NCBI GenBank assembly: GCA_003166335.1
Contig: PMWA01000092.1
Span: 1-20,422, forward strand
Source of the DNA: Methanobacterium sp.
GTDB taxonomy: Archaea > Methanobacteriota > Methanobacteria > Methanobacteriales > Methanobacteriaceae
Direction of reading: 5' to 3'
DNA length: 20,422 bases
Each line of letters begins with the position of its first letter. Position 1 is the first letter of the stretch. Made by a program: the position numbers and the translations under genes. This document shows positions 11,145 through 20,422 of the stretch, in pieces. The notes under the pieces are model-generated. The model saw nothing but the letters and a program-made list of their open reading frames with translations, was not told the origin of the DNA and made no database searches.

Positions 11145-12311
11145 ATGGCAGAAAAGCGTGACTATTATGAAGTCCTTGGAGTAAGTAAAGACTCTGATAA
11201 AAAGGATATTAAAAAAGCTTACCGTAAACTGGCAATGAAATATCATCCTGATGTAAGCGAAGACCCCGAAAGTGCAGATAAATTCAAAGAGATAAGCGAA
11301 GCCTATGCAATCTTATCTGATGAAGAGAAAAGAAGTACCTATGATCAATATGGACATGCAGGAATGGGTGGATTTTCCCAGGAAGACATTTACAATAACA
11401 TAAACTTTGAAGATATATTCAAAGGCTTCAGTGGATCTGGCGGTAATTCAGGAGGTACGGGTGGATTTGAAAATATATTCGACCTATTCGGCTTTGGAGG
11501 GGGCGGTAGGAACGGACCTCGCCAAGGCGATGATTTGGCATATCATTTAGATATCACACTAGAAGAAGCGGCCCATGGGCTGGAAAAGGACATAGAAGTG
11601 TCACATGAAAAGATTTGTTCTCACTGCCAAGGTTCTAAAGCTGAGCCTGGGACAAACCCTAGAACGTGCCCCACATGTGGTGGGAGCGGACAGGTTCGCC
11701 ATATTAGCAATACTCCGTTAGGTCAGTTTGCCACTATAAGACCATGTAACAACTGTCATGGTGAAGGAAAAATTATAGAAACTCCCTGTAATAAATGTAG
11801 AGGAAAGGGTATTGTAAGAGAAAAAAATACCATTCACATTAAAATTCCGCCAGGTGTGGAAGATGGAAATCGAATACGTGTTCATGGAGAAGGTAATGCA
11901 GGGGAACGTGGAGGACCACCAGGAGACCTCTACATTATGATAGGAGTCAAGGAACATGCCTTATTTAAACGTGATGGTGCTGATTTAATTTATCATATGC
12001 CCATAAGTTTTGTTCAAGCATCACTTGGCGATACTGTAGAGGTACCTACTTTAGATAGTGAAGTAGATCTTAAAATACCTGCAGGAACACAAAGTGGTAC
12101 TTCGTTTAGAATGAGAGGACATGGTATGCCTCATATGCGCTGGGGTGGTAAAGGAAATCTATATGTAAAAGTTAAAGTAATTACTCCTAAAAACTTAAAT
12201 CAGAGACAGAAAGAGCTTTTACGTGAATTCGCCAATGTAAGCGGTGATGAAATCTATACTGAAGGTAAAGGATTTTTTGGTAAAGTCAAGGATGTAATCA
12301 GCCACAGTTGA
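11145..12311 (+). CDS. dnaJ: Chaperone DnaJ
   Basis: J-domain [10 protein letters not shown]...YHPD, G/F-rich linker, four CxxCxGxG-type repeats and a C-terminal domain. Confidence 0.99.
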   Translation: MAEKRDYYEVLGVSKDSDKKDIKKAYRKLAMKYHPDVSEDPESADKFKEISEAYAILSDEEKRSTYDQYGHAGMGGFSQEDIYNNINFEDIFKGFSGSGGNSGGTGGFENIFDLFGFGGGGRNGPRQGDDLAYHLDITLEEAAHGLEKDIEVSHEKICSHCQGSKAEPGTNPRTCPTCGGSGQVRHISNTPLGQFATIRPCNNCHGEGKIIETPCNKCRGKGIVREKNTIHIKIPPGVEDGNRIRVHGEGNAGERGGPPGDLYIMIGVKEHALFKRDGADLIYHMPISFVQASLGDTVEVPTLDSEVDLKIPAGTQSGTSFRMRGHGMPHMRWGGKGNLYVKVKVITPKNLNQRQKELLREFANVSGDEIYTEGKGFFGKVKDVISHS

Positions 12312-12639
12312 ATATCTAAAATATCAATGCTAATTTCAACAGAACTATTCGTTGGGGAGATTTTTCATAAAATTTTTTGAAATACAACATCGTATTCTAA
12401 ATTTGAAAGATTTTATTTTTTCTATTTAATTGTATTTTAAAAGATTAATCAATGATTTTGATTTTTTTTAATTATCCATTTAATTGAAATTAATGATTTT
12501 AATAAATAAAAATCAGAATTAGTAGTAATTACAATTGTTTTTTGATTTATTCATGTTCTATTTTTCTTATTATGATCCACCAGATTCTGTTAAGTTAAGT
12601 ATGATAAATAAAAAATAATAAAAAGTCCGAAAATAAGTA

Positions 12640-13100
12640 TTATGTAGTATGAATAAATATTCCTTCTAATAAATCTTCAATTTCATTACTCTTTTTTAAA
12701 ATTGTACCATCTTTTGTGATAAAAGCAGTTTCTTTTTCAAATTCATTTATTTTAAAAAAATAACAAACAAGAAGTATACGATGATCAGGGTTATGAATTC
12801 CTAATTGTAATAAATCATCCTCATGGCCCGGATAAACAGATTCATACTCCTCATGAGGAGTTTCATATGTATTGATCTCACTGCTTTCGTAACAAGTAGT
12901 ATATAAAAGATCGAGTACGTCATAAAAAGCGTCTTCTATTTCTTGTATAAAGTTTTGGTAATTAGAAAAATCAATTACTGCTCCCTTAATTAACCAATGA
13001 CACTCATTAGCAAATTTATTGACGGCTTTAACAAAATTTTTCTTGGAGATTCCAAAAGGATGATCGTTGTTTTCATATAATCTAATAAAATAAGTCACAA
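12640..13100 (-). pseudogene. Probably 5'-truncated hypothetical protein with a PIN-domain-like C-terminus
   Basis: 152-codon ORF ending in NPDHRILL...AFITKDGTIL, a PIN-like D...xITxD pattern. An in-frame TAA lies just upstream of the GTG, there is no RBS or promoter space, and it abuts an ABC permease remnant. Confidence 0.45.
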
Positions 13101-13101
13101 A

Positions 13102-13409
13102 TTAGGATTAGGAATCATGGCCATATCCATGGTTGAAGACCAAGGAACAGGCACAATGATCGTGAACCTGCTCATGTTCCCCATGATGTTCCTCGTGGTG
13201 TAATGTTCCCCATACAACAGATGCCGTGGTTCATGCAGGATCTTTCAAAACTGATTCCTTTAACCTACGCAGCCGATGCCATGCGTAAAATAATGCTCTT
13301 AAACGCAAGTGTAGCAGATGTGTCAACCGATATACTTATATTAGTGGCTTTAGGTATTGTTACTATGGCTATTGCATTACCACTGTTCAGGAGATCAATG
13401 ACCCGGTAA
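13102..13409 (+). pseudogene. C-terminal remnant of an ABC-2 type exporter permease, with a frameshift at about 13195
   Basis: LGLGIMAISMVEDQGTGTMIVNLLMFPMMFL / (x)GVMFPIQQMPWFMQDLSKLIPLTYAADAMRKIML matches the ABC-2 permease signature. The N-terminal part and the ATPase partner are absent. Confidence 0.85.
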
Positions 13410-13547
13410 ATAGACCATATAATATAGGCTTTTAAAGGAGATTGTAAATAATGTGAATCAACACAAAGTTTTTTTAGAGAGTTTATCAGAAAAAAACTTT
13501 GAAAAAAATGTAAAAAAACAAAAATTGTGATAATTAAGTATTCATTG

Positions 13548-13569
13548 ATAGTTGATTTTAATCAACTAT
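13548..13569. promoter_or_regulatory. Perfect palindrome ATAGTTGATT-tt-AATCAACTAT, candidate operator
   Basis: 10-bp perfect inverted repeat with a 2-nt spacer in intergenic DNA. Confidence 0.5.
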
Positions 13570-13848
13570 TCAAATATTATTTAAAAATAAGGACTTATTA
13601 TCGAATATGAAGATTATGGCTTTTTAAAGCTCAAAGATAAGATTTACTATCATAAATATGTCTGGAAACTAAAGAATCATTCAAGACGGGGCCCATTACT
13701 AAAAATATCTGATATATGAAGCGTTTTTTAAGTGAAATATTTATCAAGAGTGAGTGTAATTTTATGGACCTTTTCATACTTACATCAAAATTTTGTCAAA
13801 TTCATCTATAATAAATGAAATTTAGTTATTTTAGGAGGATTAAAAAAA

Positions 13849-14401
13849 ATGTTTGACAACTTTAGATTTAACATGTTAAATAAAAGAGCATCTTCAGCTG
13901 AAAGTAAACCCGCTGAAATTATAAAAAGCCTTGATATTAAAAAAGGCGATATTATAGCAGATATAGGTTCTGGAGGCGGATATTTTACTTTTGAATTCTC
14001 AAATGAAGTGGAAGGTAAAGTTTACGCAATTGATACCAATCAGAAATTTTTGGATTATATAACCCGCGAATTAAGAAAAAGAAGTATTAAAAAATATAAA
14101 AGTTATATTAGTTGATGAAAATGGATTTGTTTTACCAGATAAGAGTGTAGATATACTATTTTTAAGAAATGTGTTTCATAATCTATCAGAACCCACTGAG
14201 TACTTTGAAAATATTAAACAATTTCTGAAATCCAATGGTAAAATAGCTTTAATAGATTATAATAAAAAAGGTTTTTCTATTATTGGAATTTCTGGTCACT
14301 ATGTACCAGAAGAAGTTTTAATAAATAAGTTAGAGAAAGCAGGTTTTCAAGTCTCAGAAAAATTTGATTTTTTATCGGAACAATCATTTATAATTTTTTA
14401 A
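13849..14401 (+). pseudogene. Class I SAM-dependent methyltransferase split by a +1 frameshift in the A6 run at 14089-14094
   Basis: IADIGSGGGYF motif I and VYAIDT. Removing one A joins the two track ORFs through KNIKVILVDENGFVLPDKSVDILFLRNVFHNL...LKSNGKIALIDY. AGGAGG RBS at 13833-13838. Confidence 0.85.
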
Positions 14402-14503
14402 AATGAATCCATAACTTATTTTGAAAATGAAAATATTTATTTAAAATAGTTTCTCAAATCTTTTATTTAATAATAAATTTAAATTTTTTTAAAAAAATGG
14501 GGG

Positions 14504-14826
14504 GGGTTAATGGCATGCCGAGAGTAACCCACCTTCTGTTCATGGCAGCATTCATCTTTGCGAACTACCTCTGCCTCATACAGTAATTCATCGACAGTAT
14601 TTGTCCTTGCATCCCGTGGAATAGCCGTTTCACCGTTCCTCCTGATGTCGTCGGCTGAGCTTCATATTCATCCATCAGAAGACGTGTCGTTTCTGCTCCA
14701 GTGTCCTGCTTCTCAGCAGATGGCCTTATGGGCACCACGGTTCTGTGTGATGGGTGGAGTTTCCTCAGTTTAAATTACAGAGTTTCTGTAAAAACCGGTA
14801 GCTGCCCTTCGGCTTGCCATTAACCC
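14504..14826 (-). ncRNA. rnpB: Archaeal RNase P RNA
   Basis: The minus strand has the P4 signatures GAGGAAACTCCACCC and AACAGAAGGTGGGTTAC, internal GCAGAAA and GGTGAAACGG, and terminal helix GGGTTAATGGCA/TGCCATTAACCC. It is a GC-rich island followed by a T7 tract. Ends are approximate. Confidence 0.96.
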
Positions 14827-14841
14827 ATAAAAAAGTATGAA

Positions 14842-14917
<76 letters not shown>

Positions 14918-14941
14918 TACTATAACCGTTTGCTTTTAGAG

Positions 14942-14949
14942 TATATAAA
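14942..14949 (-). promoter_or_regulatory. TATA box of the tRNA-iMet/rnpB unit
   Basis: TTTATATA on the minus strand, 25 nt upstream of the tRNA 5' end. Confidence 0.7.
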
Positions 14950-15118
14950 GATATGTATTACATTTTTTTAATTATTATTCTTTTTCATAAACAATTCAAA
15001 AAAATTTAGCAGTAATTTTTTTTAAAATAAAAAATATAAAAAAGCATGTGATGAAAAAATATGATTTAAAAAAATAGGTTTATTCTTAATAAAAATAAAT
15101 TAAATATTTCTAAAAAAT

Positions 15119-15688
15119 CTATTCTTCCGATTCTTCCTCTGGATTTTCCAATTTTTGCAATCTTTTCTCGATGTGCTCGAGTTTTTTATTGGTATGTCCT
15201 CTATACTCATTGAATCGTTTTTCTAGCTCACCAAAATCTAGGGACACTTTATCAAACCTCTTTTCCAACTGAGATAAATCTTTTTTGGTGGCTAAATCCC
15301 AGTCCTTTATGAGTTGGTCACTTTGCTCATCTAAAAAGGTTTCTATTCTATTGGATAAAAGATCTGTACTTATAGGCACTTCTTTAACTTTGCCTTTAAT
15401 TCTTTTGCTCATTCCAGCCATTCTTTCGCTCATTCCAGCCATACTACCGCCTTCAGTTTTAGTACCATTGCTAGTGGCTTTTACACTGGTTTGTTTAACT
15501 TTAGTGCCAGTTTCTTTTATCTTGTCACCTAATCCAGATACACTTTCAGTTATTCCCATTGTTCTACTTCCATTATCAATGCCTTTAATCCTATTGAAAG
15601 AAAACCCCATATCCAGGAGATAATAGTAAATTAATACTATTACTGCACCAGCTAAAACTAATATTGCAAAGAGTTCTAAAGCTGTCAT
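15119..15688 (-). CDS. Hypothetical single-pass membrane protein with a C-terminal coiled coil
   Basis: N-terminal hydrophobic helix LFAILVLAGAVIVLIYYYL, low-complexity linker, LATKKDL motif, then heptads LEKRFDKV...LEKRFNEY...LEHIEKRLQKLE. AGGTGGT RBS lies in the end of the upstream gene. Confidence 0.85.
   Translation of the reverse strand: MTALELFAILVLAGAVIVLIYYYLLDMGFSFNRIKGIDNGSRTMGITESVSGLGDKIKETGTKVKQTSVKATSNGTKTEGGSMAGMSERMAGMSKRIKGKVKEVPISTDLLSNRIETFLDEQSDQLIKDWDLATKKDLSQLEKRFDKVSLDFGELEKRFNEYRGHTNKKLEHIEKRLQKLENPEEESEE
15400..15441 (-). repeat. 21-nt in-frame tandem duplication encoding MAGMSER-MAGMSKR
   Basis: TTCTTTTGCTCATTCCAGCCA followed by TTCTTTCGCTCATTCCAGCCA, one mismatch. 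Confidence 0.85.
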
Positions 15689-15693
15689 TTTAC

Positions 15694-16158
15694 TTACTTA
15701 CCACCTTTAATTCCTGTAACGGCTTGAACATTATCTGATCCTTCAGATTTCTTCGTTCTTTTGTCCAGTTCTTTTTCCTTCATTTCTATGTCTTGCAGTA
15801 ATTTTTGAAGTTTTAAAAACTCCGTACGAGTTTCTAAAAGAGTAACTCTCTCATTTATTTCACTGTGGAGATAACCAGCTTTGTGCATGAAATCAGTTGT
15901 TGTTTTACGAATATCAGATAGTCTTTCTTGTTGTTCTTTAGGTAGTGGAATAACATTTTCAAGCACTCGCTTAGATTCTAAGTCCTTTTCTACTAATTCA
16001 ATCTTTCTAAGTTCAGCCTGTTTTTCAAGAAACATGACGTTGGTTTGAGATTCTCTAACTCTTCTCCATTGCATGAGTGCAACTATAAGACCTATCACTG
16101 CAATGAATGCTATAATTATATAGAATAAATTTTGTGGAATTGTAACTACATCAGCCAT
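15694..16158 (-). CDS. Hypothetical single-pass membrane protein with a coiled coil
   Basis: TM helix [19 protein letters not shown] followed by WRRVRE and E/K/L-rich heptads. AGGGGA RBS. 5 nt from the next gene, so probably an operon. Confidence 0.85.
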   Translation of the reverse strand: MADVVTIPQNLFYIIIAFIAVIGLIVALMQWRRVRESQTNVMFLEKQAELRKIELVEKDLESKRVLENVIPLPKEQQERLSDIRKTTTDFMHKAGYLHSEINERVTLLETRTEFLKLQKLLQDIEMKEKELDKRTKKSEGSDNVQAVTGIKGGK

Positions 16159-16475
16159 TTTATTATTTCCCCTTTAATTATATTATATTTAATTATATAT
16201 AATATTATCTAATCGTTTAATATTGGGCGTTTATCGATGTTTTTAATCTTTTAGAGTTTAAATATAATTTTTTATGCACGAATAACCTTAAAGAATAATA
16301 TTAATCCAAAAGTTGAATAATATTAATAGTTTAAGTTTGAATAAGTTACATTAAAAATTGAAATTATTTTGAACATATCTCTTATATCATAAGATATCAC
16401 CTAAAAAATATAATAATTTAATAATAATGTATTTTATAAATAATTTATTTAAAAAGGTATTTAAACTGTGATTTT

Positions 16476-17402
16476 ATGATGGAATTGTATAAAAAACCTG
16501 GTAAAATAGTATCTAAAGTTAGAGGCATGGCTATTGATAAAGTTAAAGAAAACCTGAAAGTATGTGATTTAGTGGAATTTGTGGAAGAGGAAATAAAGAA
16601 GCTGGGAGGCGAACCAGCTTTTCCCTGCAATATTTCAATTAACGAAATTACTGCACATTATACTTCACCCTTTAATGATGAATCTCACCTGAATTTGGGT
16701 GATCTGGTTAAAATTGATTTGGGTGCTCATGTCGATGGATATATTGCCGATTCTGCTGTGACTGTTCTAGTGGGTGGAGATGAATTAGGTTCAGATACTT
16801 TATTCTCTGAGGTAGAAGTTGATTTTCAATTGAAGCTGATTGAAACTGCACAAGAAGCGCTTGAAAATGCGATAAGTATCATTAAAGATGGTGTTGAACT
16901 GGAAAAAATTGGCGAGGTAGTGGAGGATATTGTTACTGGTGAAAATTTGAATCCTGTTTCAAATCTCACAGGGCATAGTATGGATCGATGGATCCTGCAT
17001 TCCGGGCTTTCCATCCCTAATGTTAAAGGAGAAAATAAGCATAAAATAAGGGAAGGAGATGTTTTAGCTATTGAACCTTTTGTTACTAATGGTGTGGGCA
17101 GAGTCACCGATATGAAAGAAGCATACATCTTCCGCTTCCTGAGAGATAGGCCTTTGAGAATGGTCCAAGCTAGGAAATTATTAGATAATATTAAACAGAA
17201 TTATAAGAATTTACCTTTCGCTGAGAGATGGGTTCAAAAGAGTTTTAAAGGCCATCAATTCAACTTGACTATGAACCAACTTATATCCTCCCGTGCTCTG
17301 TATCCATACCATGTTCTTAAGGAGAAAAGTGATGCACGAGTAGCTCAAGCAGAACATACCGTTATTGTAGAAACTGATGGTTGTCAGATTATAACTGAAT
17401 AA
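16476..17402 (+). CDS. map: Type II methionine aminopeptidase
   Basis: [55 protein letters not shown]. Confidence 0.97.
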   Translation: MMELYKKPGKIVSKVRGMAIDKVKENLKVCDLVEFVEEEIKKLGGEPAFPCNISINEITAHYTSPFNDESHLNLGDLVKIDLGAHVDGYIADSAVTVLVGGDELGSDTLFSEVEVDFQLKLIETAQEALENAISIIKDGVELEKIGEVVEDIVTGENLNPVSNLTGHSMDRWILHSGLSIPNVKGENKHKIREGDVLAIEPFVTNGVGRVTDMKEAYIFRFLRDRPLRMVQARKLLDNIKQNYKNLPFAERWVQKSFKGHQFNLTMNQLISSRALYPYHVLKEKSDARVAQAEHTVIVETDGCQIITE

Positions 17403-17469
17403 AAAAAGAATTATTCGAATCTTTAATCAAAATAGTAGTAATTGAAAATTTTATAAGTAAATAATTTTT

Positions 17470-17502
17470 AAAAAAAAATATTAAGGGATAATTTAATCCC
17501 TT
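17470..17502 (-). terminator. Putative terminator of the frh operon
   Basis: AAGGGAT (17483-17489) / ATCCCTT (17496-17502) hairpin immediately after the frhB stop, followed on the minus strand by a T9 run. Confidence 0.6.
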
Positions 17503-18387
17503 TTAGACATTAGCTAATGGATCTTCTTTCTCGCTGCTGGCTTTGTATGGAACTGGCAGTCCCATAGCTTTTCGTTCGTCGATGACCTTCATTGCTTTCT
17601 CTTTTTTGGACTTTGCTAGTCTTGTAAGCATTTCAAGACCGAATTTACCTTCGTCAATTGGTTTAAGTTCAATAGCACCAGCATCCACTGCTTTTTTGAA
17701 TACTGTTTCACCGATATCGGTTCTAACCTGAACTGCTGACCAATCGTCAGGAGCACCTATTGAACCTGTAGATATGTCAGAAAGTTCTGAAACCAAGTCA
17801 AGACAAACTTTGCATCCATTTTGTTCGTAACCGTGCGTTTCTTTGATAGGGAAACTTATTACGTCATCTTGAGTGTGCACCCAGAATTTTCCTTTACCGA
17901 TGTCCATTTTCTCCACTAAATCGAAGTCAACTCCAGCTTTAGCTGAAATGAATGTTCTAAGGGATTCGAATGGGAAGTTTTCAGTACAGCATATTCCAAT
18001 ATCCAATGCGATCTTATCAGCCATGAATCTTACACCAAATGGGTAGGACTGCATTTTCCTTATACCCATGGTCTGACAAGGAATGGTGACTATACCCACT
18101 TTTTCCAGACCATATTGTCTTACAGCTTGTTTAAGCATCCAGTTATTTGGTGATAGTGTGTATTTGGTACCTGCTGCAGCCATGATATCATCGGATGTCA
18201 TTGCCACAGTTGGCATTGGTTTCCACATTTCATCTGAAGGTCCGGCTACAACTGCACCGTCTATGATTTTTTCATCAAGAGCGAAGCATAAAAGTGCGGT
18301 TGCTATTCCACCGTCCTGTGAAATTTTCTGGATCTGTTTGTCGGTTGATCTTCCAAGAGTAATTTGTTTGTATGTTCCTAATACCAT
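17503..18387 (-). CDS. frhB: F420-reducing hydrogenase beta subunit
   Basis: [48 protein letters not shown]; last gene of frhADGB. Confidence 0.96.
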   Translation of the reverse strand: MVLGTYKQITLGRSTDKQIQKISQDGGIATALLCFALDEKIIDGAVVAGPSDEMWKPMPTVAMTSDDIMAAAGTKYTLSPNNWMLKQAVRQYGLEKVGIVTIPCQTMGIRKMQSYPFGVRFMADKIALDIGICCTENFPFESLRTFISAKAGVDFDLVEKMDIGKGKFWVHTQDDVISFPIKETHGYEQNGCKVCLDLVSELSDISTGSIGAPDDWSAVQVRTDIGETVFKKAVDAGAIELKPIDEGKFGLEMLTRLAKSKKEKAMKVIDERKAMGLPVPYKASSEKEDPLANV

Positions 18388-18402
18388 CTTTTACAACCTC
18401 CT

Positions 18403-19191
18403 TTATAATCCTAAATCCTTGTTAATTCGATCTGCTGGCCACCAGCTTCTTGGGCACTGGATGTAGCATACTCCGCATTTCACGCATCTGTCTTCGTTGA
18501 GTTCTGGTCTTCCACTGGTCATGTCAAGTGCTCTGGTTTGACAAGCCATGGCGCAGGTCCCGCATCCTATACAGAGAGCCTGATTTACTACTTTGTATTG
18601 TAGATCTGATCCACCTGCTTCTGTGTATCCTGCTAGATCTATCATGGGTTGTAAATAATCCATATCACCATTGATTACAGCAACCACAGTTTTAGCAATA
18701 ATCTCTGGTGATGGTGGACATCCTGGTAATGCAGCATCTACTTTTATCAAGTCTGCGATAGGCACAAATGATTCATGATTTGGGTTGGCTTGTTGTCCAC
18801 CTCGTGAATATCGAGTAAAACAACCAGTTGCTGCACATGAACCAAGGGCCACCACTAATCCTGCTTTTTCCCTCGCTTCCATAAGTTCTTTAACACTGTG
18901 TTCATCCTGAAGACATACTGACCCTTCAACCAGGGCTACGTCCATTTCAGGCATTTCCCACACGTCGGCTAAGGTTTGTCCATAAACTATATCCACCATT
19001 TCGGTGAGTAAAGGTGCTAAAATGTCATAATTTTCACTTAAAGACATGACATCACCGGTACATCCTGAAAGGTGGATGTATCCAATTCTTGGTTTAGCTT
19101 TTTCTTCCGCCACTTTTTCTACCTCCTGTTCTGAAGCTACTTCTTTTGGTTGTGCTTCCATTCCTAAAAATTCTTTTATACGGGCTATCAT
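18403..19191 (-). CDS. frhG: F420-reducing hydrogenase gamma subunit
   Basis: [25 protein letters not shown] and C-terminal ferredoxin motifs [11 protein letters not shown] / [12 protein letters not shown]. Confidence 0.97.
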   Translation of the reverse strand: MIARIKEFLGMEAQPKEVASEQEVEKVAEEKAKPRIGYIHLSGCTGDVMSLSENYDILAPLLTEMVDIVYGQTLADVWEMPEMDVALVEGSVCLQDEHSVKELMEAREKAGLVVALGSCAATGCFTRYSRGGQQANPNHESFVPIADLIKVDAALPGCPPSPEIIAKTVVAVINGDMDYLQPMIDLAGYTEAGGSDLQYKVVNQALCIGCGTCAMACQTRALDMTSGRPELNEDRCVKCGVCYIQCPRSWWPADRINKDLGL

Positions 19192-19196
19192 TACTT

Positions 19197-19667
<471 letters not shown>

Positions 19668-19677
19668 AATTATTCCC

Positions 19678-20422
19678 TTAGATCCTGACCATTTCGTTTT
19701 TGATGATGCTCCTGTCTTCGTCGTCTACTACTATCACGTGGGTTGCACATGATAGACATGGGTCGTAGGCTCTGATTACATGAGGTCCAAAGTCGTGGTG
19801 GAAACCTTCAGTTGCTGGTCCCATGGTGGGTATGTTCCAAGTGGTTGGTACTAAACAGCTGTAGAATTGTGTTTTTCCATTAGCAACCTGGGCCATGTGA
19901 ACATCCATTCCTCTTGGACCTTCAATAGCGCCGATTCCTAGTTTGTTGGTACCGGTAATTTCATAGTCAGCCATTACAGGTGCTGAGGTATTCAATTCAC
20001 CCAGAATATCTATTGCTTTGGAAAGGGCAGTTTTCATCTCTAAAGCTCTTGTAACGTGCTGAGCTACTACACCTTTGCCTTTAAATCCATGGAATACTTC
20101 GGCTCTGGCTCGAGGTCCTACTTCTACACTCATACCATCGTATAGCGGAATAGTAGAGCACGCCTTCTTCCCTACTTCGGGGTCATCGTACCATGTTTCA
20201 GGCATTATTTCAGTGAATCTATCTAGGTCGAATTTGGTTCGATCACCATAAAGCTGGTGAGTAGCCAATGAGGCTGCGTTGGTAACACCTAAACCTTCAG
20301 GGAAACCTTTATCAGCAACTAAACCAATTATTAAATCAACATGTGCATCCACTTTTGGTTTTAATGCTCTTAATCTAGCATAAAGTCATTTTCTCGCAAC
20401 TTCACTAATATTTTGGGCCATT
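19678..20422 (-). CDS. frhA: F420-reducing [NiFe] hydrogenase alpha subunit, 5'-truncated by the window edge, with an in-frame TGA at 20386-20388
   Basis: [31 protein letters not shown] plus the cleavable tail. Upstream of the track ORF the same frame reads [26 protein letters not shown]. Confidence 0.95.

Noticed and set aside
4331..11957. Track ORFs 4331-4555, 6534-6803, 9740-9931 and 11718-11957
   Set aside because: Antisense shadows of larB, hypF, dnaK and dnaJ, with no recognisable motifs.
13590..13812. Short open frames (GLIIEYEDYGFLKLKDKIYYHKYVWK..., MKRFLSEIFIKSEC...)
   Set aside because: No convincing RBS or recognisable family; possibly debris, but unsupported without a search.
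14558..14773. 71-aa ORF on the plus strand
   Set aside because: Antisense to the RNase P RNA gene; a by-product of its high GC content.
20386..20388. Selenocysteine recoding of the frhA TGA
   Set aside because: The codon is not at a Cys or Ni-ligand position. The C-terminal DPCLSC site, where [NiFeSe] enzymes carry Sec, uses TGT codons, and Methanobacteriales are not known to use Sec.

Overview
AT-rich chromosomal window from a Methanobacteriales methanogen, most likely Methanobacterium-like (split PolB1, frhADGB, GAGGTGA-type RBSs). In order: 3' end of afpA, GNAT, large subunit of the split family-B DNA polymerase (polB1), GNAT, an unannotated 30-aa Cys-rich small ORF divergent from a frameshifted HxlR regulator, larB, hypF, a Phr-type heat-shock repressor divergent from grpE-dnaK-dnaJ, about 2.2 kb of decayed accessory genes (PIN-like remnant, ABC-2 permease remnant, frameshifted methyltransferase), RNase P RNA directly downstream of initiator tRNA-Met, two membrane-anchored coiled-coil proteins, map, and frhB-frhG-frhD-frhA (partial). 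Most of it is housekeeping. The best leads are the small ORF/HxlR module, a tandemly duplicated 79-bp promoter/operator unit giving five TAAC-N5-GTWA boxes before grpE, an in-frame TGA in frhA, and apparent loss of the FrhG CxC motif. No CRISPR array or intact mobile element was seen. All family assignments come from motif recognition, not database searches.
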